A stretch of 64,000 nucleotides of DNA, from positions 1,696 through 65,695 of the forward strand of contig CALXDL010000011.1 in NCBI GenBank assembly GCA_944387055.1, read 5' to 3'. Below are positions 61,972 through 64,000 of this stretch, one piece after another (positions within the stretch are counted from its first letter, which is position 1; each line of letters starts with the position of its first letter). Both the position numbers and the translations under genes were made by a program. Origin of the DNA: an uncultured Oscillospiraceae bacterium (GTDB lineage: Bacteria > Bacillota > Clostridia > Oscillospirales > Oscillospiraceae). Below the pieces are notes generated by a model. It ran no database searches. It worked only from the letters and a program-made list of their open reading frames with translations, and had not been told where the DNA came from.

Positions 61972-64000
61972 ATGACTGACTTCGAGCAACGCTACATCAC
62001 GGCCCGGCGCGCATGCATCGCCCGGGACCTGGCGCGACTGAATCCGATGCAGCGCCAGGCGGCCATGGCCACGGAGGGACCGCTGCTGCTGCTGGCAGGA
62101 GCAGGATCCGGCAAGACGACTGTCCTCATCCAGCGGATATACAATCTTTTGACCTACGGCCGCGGCAGCGATACGGACGAGGTGCCGGGATGGGCCACAG
62201 AGGAGGACCTGCATTTCCTGGAGGAGCTGCCGGAGACGATGGACGAGGAGGCCCGACACCGGGCGATCCGGCTGTGCGCGGTGGATGTGCCCCGCCCCTG
62301 GGAGATCATCGCCATCACCTTCACCAATAAGGCGGCGGGCGAACTGAAGGACCGGCTCGCAGCGCGGCTTGGCCCGCAGGCCAATGACGTCTGGGCTTCC
62401 ACGTTCCACTCCGCCTGTGTCCGCATCCTCCGGAGGGACATCGACCGCATCGGCTTCGACAAGGACTTCACCATCTACGATCAAGACGATTCCAAGCGCG
62501 TGATCCGGGATATCTTGAAAGAACAGGGACTGGATGAGAAGACCTTCCCGCCCAGGAGCGTCCTCACGGTCATCAGCCACGCCAAAGACCGCTATGAGGG
62601 GCCGGAGGCGTTCGCCGCCGAGTACGCTGGGGAGAAGGACTGGAAGATGAGCCGTATCGCCAAAGTCTATGCGGCCTATGCCAAGAAGCTCCACGCTGCC
62701 AACGCGCTGGATTTCGACGACATCATCTTCTACGCGGTCATGCTCCTCCGGCAGGAGCCGGAGGTCCTGCACTATTATCAGGATAAGTTCCGCTATGTGC
62801 TGGTGGACGAATACCAGGATACCAACCATCTCCAGTATCTGCTGACGAGCTTGTTGGCCGGAGGGCGGGAGAACCTGTGCGTGGTCGGCGATGACGACCA
62901 GTCCATCTACCGCGTCCGGGGGGCGAACATCGAGAACGTCCTCAACTTCGAGAAGCAGTATCCAAAGGCCAGGACCATCCGGCTGGAGCAGAACTACCGC
63001 TCCACCCAGAACATCTTGGACGCGGCCAACGCGGTCATCCGCAACAACCAAGGGAGGAAGGGCAAGACGCTTTGGACAGCCAATGGAGACGGCGACGCTG
63101 TGACGGTCAAGACCACCTTCAATGAGAGCGACGAGGCCAACTATGTGGCCAGCGGCATCCTGATGGGCGTGAACCGGGGGCGCCATTTCAGGGACGTGGC
63201 CGTGCTCTACCGGATGAACGCCCAGTCCAACGCGCTGGAGTATGCCATGAAGCGCAACGCCATCCCCTATAAGGTCGTGGGCGGCATGAAGTTCTTCGAC
63301 CGGGCAGAAGTCAAGGACATGCTGGCGTATCTATGCGTCCTGAACAATCCGTTAGACGACCTGCGGCTGCGCCGCATCATCAACAGCCCTGCCAGGGGCA
63401 TCGGTGCCACGACCTTGGATAAAGTGAGCGCCATCGCAGAGAGTCAGGGAGCATCTCTCTATGAGGTCATCCGGAACGCGGACCTGTTCCCGGAGCTCAA
63501 GGCCGCCAGTGGGAAGCTGCTCAAGTTCGCGGACATGATAGACGGTCTGCGCCGGGCGGGCGGGACCTTGGCCCTGCCGGAGTTCTATGATGCTGTGTGC
63601 GATCAGACCGGTTATGTGAAGGCTCTAGAAGAGAAGGGCGATATGGAGAGCCGCGGACGGATCGAGAACGTCCAGGAGCTCAAGTCGAACATCCTAGGCT
63701 TCCTGGAGCAGCAGCCAGAGGACGCTACGCTCGCCGGCTTCCTGAACGAGATCGCCCTCTATACGGATCTGGACGGTGTGGCGGCAGACGAAGACTGCGT
63801 GACGATGATGACCATCCATTCCGCCAAGGGCTTGGAGTTCCCTGTGGTGTATGTGGTCGGCATGGAGGAGGGCATCTTCCCCGGGGCCTCTGCCGTCTAC
63901 GATGAGGAGGAGCTGGAAGAAGAGCGGCGGCTGTGCTACGTGGCCATGACCCGTGCCAAAGAACAGCTGTTCTTGACCAATGCCAGGCAGCGGATGCTCT
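61972..64000 (+). CDS. pcrA: PcrA/UvrD ATP-dependent DNA helicase (runs off the window; absent from the ORF track)
   Basis: Translated by hand: LAGAGSGKT, ITFTNKAA, VDEYQDTN, LEQNYRST, TIHSAKGLEFP, EEERRLCYVAMTRA. Confidence 0.95.
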   Translation, partial: MTDFEQRYITARRACIARDLARLNPMQRQAAMATEGPLLLLAGAGSGKTTVLIQRIYNLLTYGRGSDTDEVPGWATEEDLHFLEELPETMDEEARHRAIRLCAVDVPRPWEIIAITFTNKAAGELKDRLAARLGPQANDVWASTFHSACVRILRRDIDRIGFDKDFTIYDQDDSKRVIRDILKEQGLDEKTFPPRSVLTVISHAKDRYEGPEAFAAEYAGEKDWKMSRIAKVYAAYAKKLHAANALDFDDIIFYAVMLLRQEPEVLHYYQDKFRYVLVDEYQDTNHLQYLLTSLLAGGRENLCVVGDDDQSIYRVRGANIENVLNFEKQYPKARTIRLEQNYRSTQNILDAANAVIRNNQGRKGKTLWTANGDGDAVTVKTTFNESDEANYVASGILMGVNRGRHFRDVAVLYRMNAQSNALEYAMKRNAIPYKVVGGMKFFDRAEVKDMLAYLCVLNNPLDDLRLRRIINSPARGIGATTLDKVSAIAESQGASLYEVIRNADLFPELKAASGKLLKFADMIDGLRRAGGTLALPEFYDAVCDQTGYVKALEEKGDMESRGRIENVQELKSNILGFLEQQPEDATLAGFLNEIALYTDLDGVAADEDCVTMMTIHSAKGLEFPVVYVVGMEEGIFPGASAVYDEEELEEERRLCYVAMTRAKEQLFLTNARQRML

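Overview
GC-rich chromosomal window from an anaerobic, spore-forming Clostridia-class bacterium. Gene content and style suggest Oscillospiraceae (inference). Positions 0.2-10 kb are accessory or decaying: an Rrf2-controlled acyl-CoA dehydrogenase/EtfA/rubredoxin fusion plus flavodiiron protein, an SLH remnant, an AT-richer patch with TetR and gene fragments, and tRNA-Arg(ACG) followed by a structured element and a dead tyrosine integrase. The rest is mostly core genome: a Na+-type V/A-ATPase operon, a second flavodiiron protein, ktrBA, asnA, gltX, trpS, tagO/wecB, nth, rarA, spoIIGA-sigE, T-box-valS (with an in-frame TAG), an [FeFe]-hydrogenase with a NuoF/GltD-like partner, spoIIAA-AB-sigF, an MBOAT acylation operon, a very large BlaR1/BlaI pair and the 5' part of pcrA. 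The best candidate for an undescribed system is a LexA-boxed operon on the minus strand (50.5-48.2 kb). It encodes an unannotated 41-aa membrane peptide, a radical SAM/HhH protein ending in a beta-clamp motif and a DUF4130 protein, and it runs head-on into and overlaps sigF. No CRISPR array, rRNA or intact mobile element was seen. All family calls come from motif recognition by eye, not database searches.
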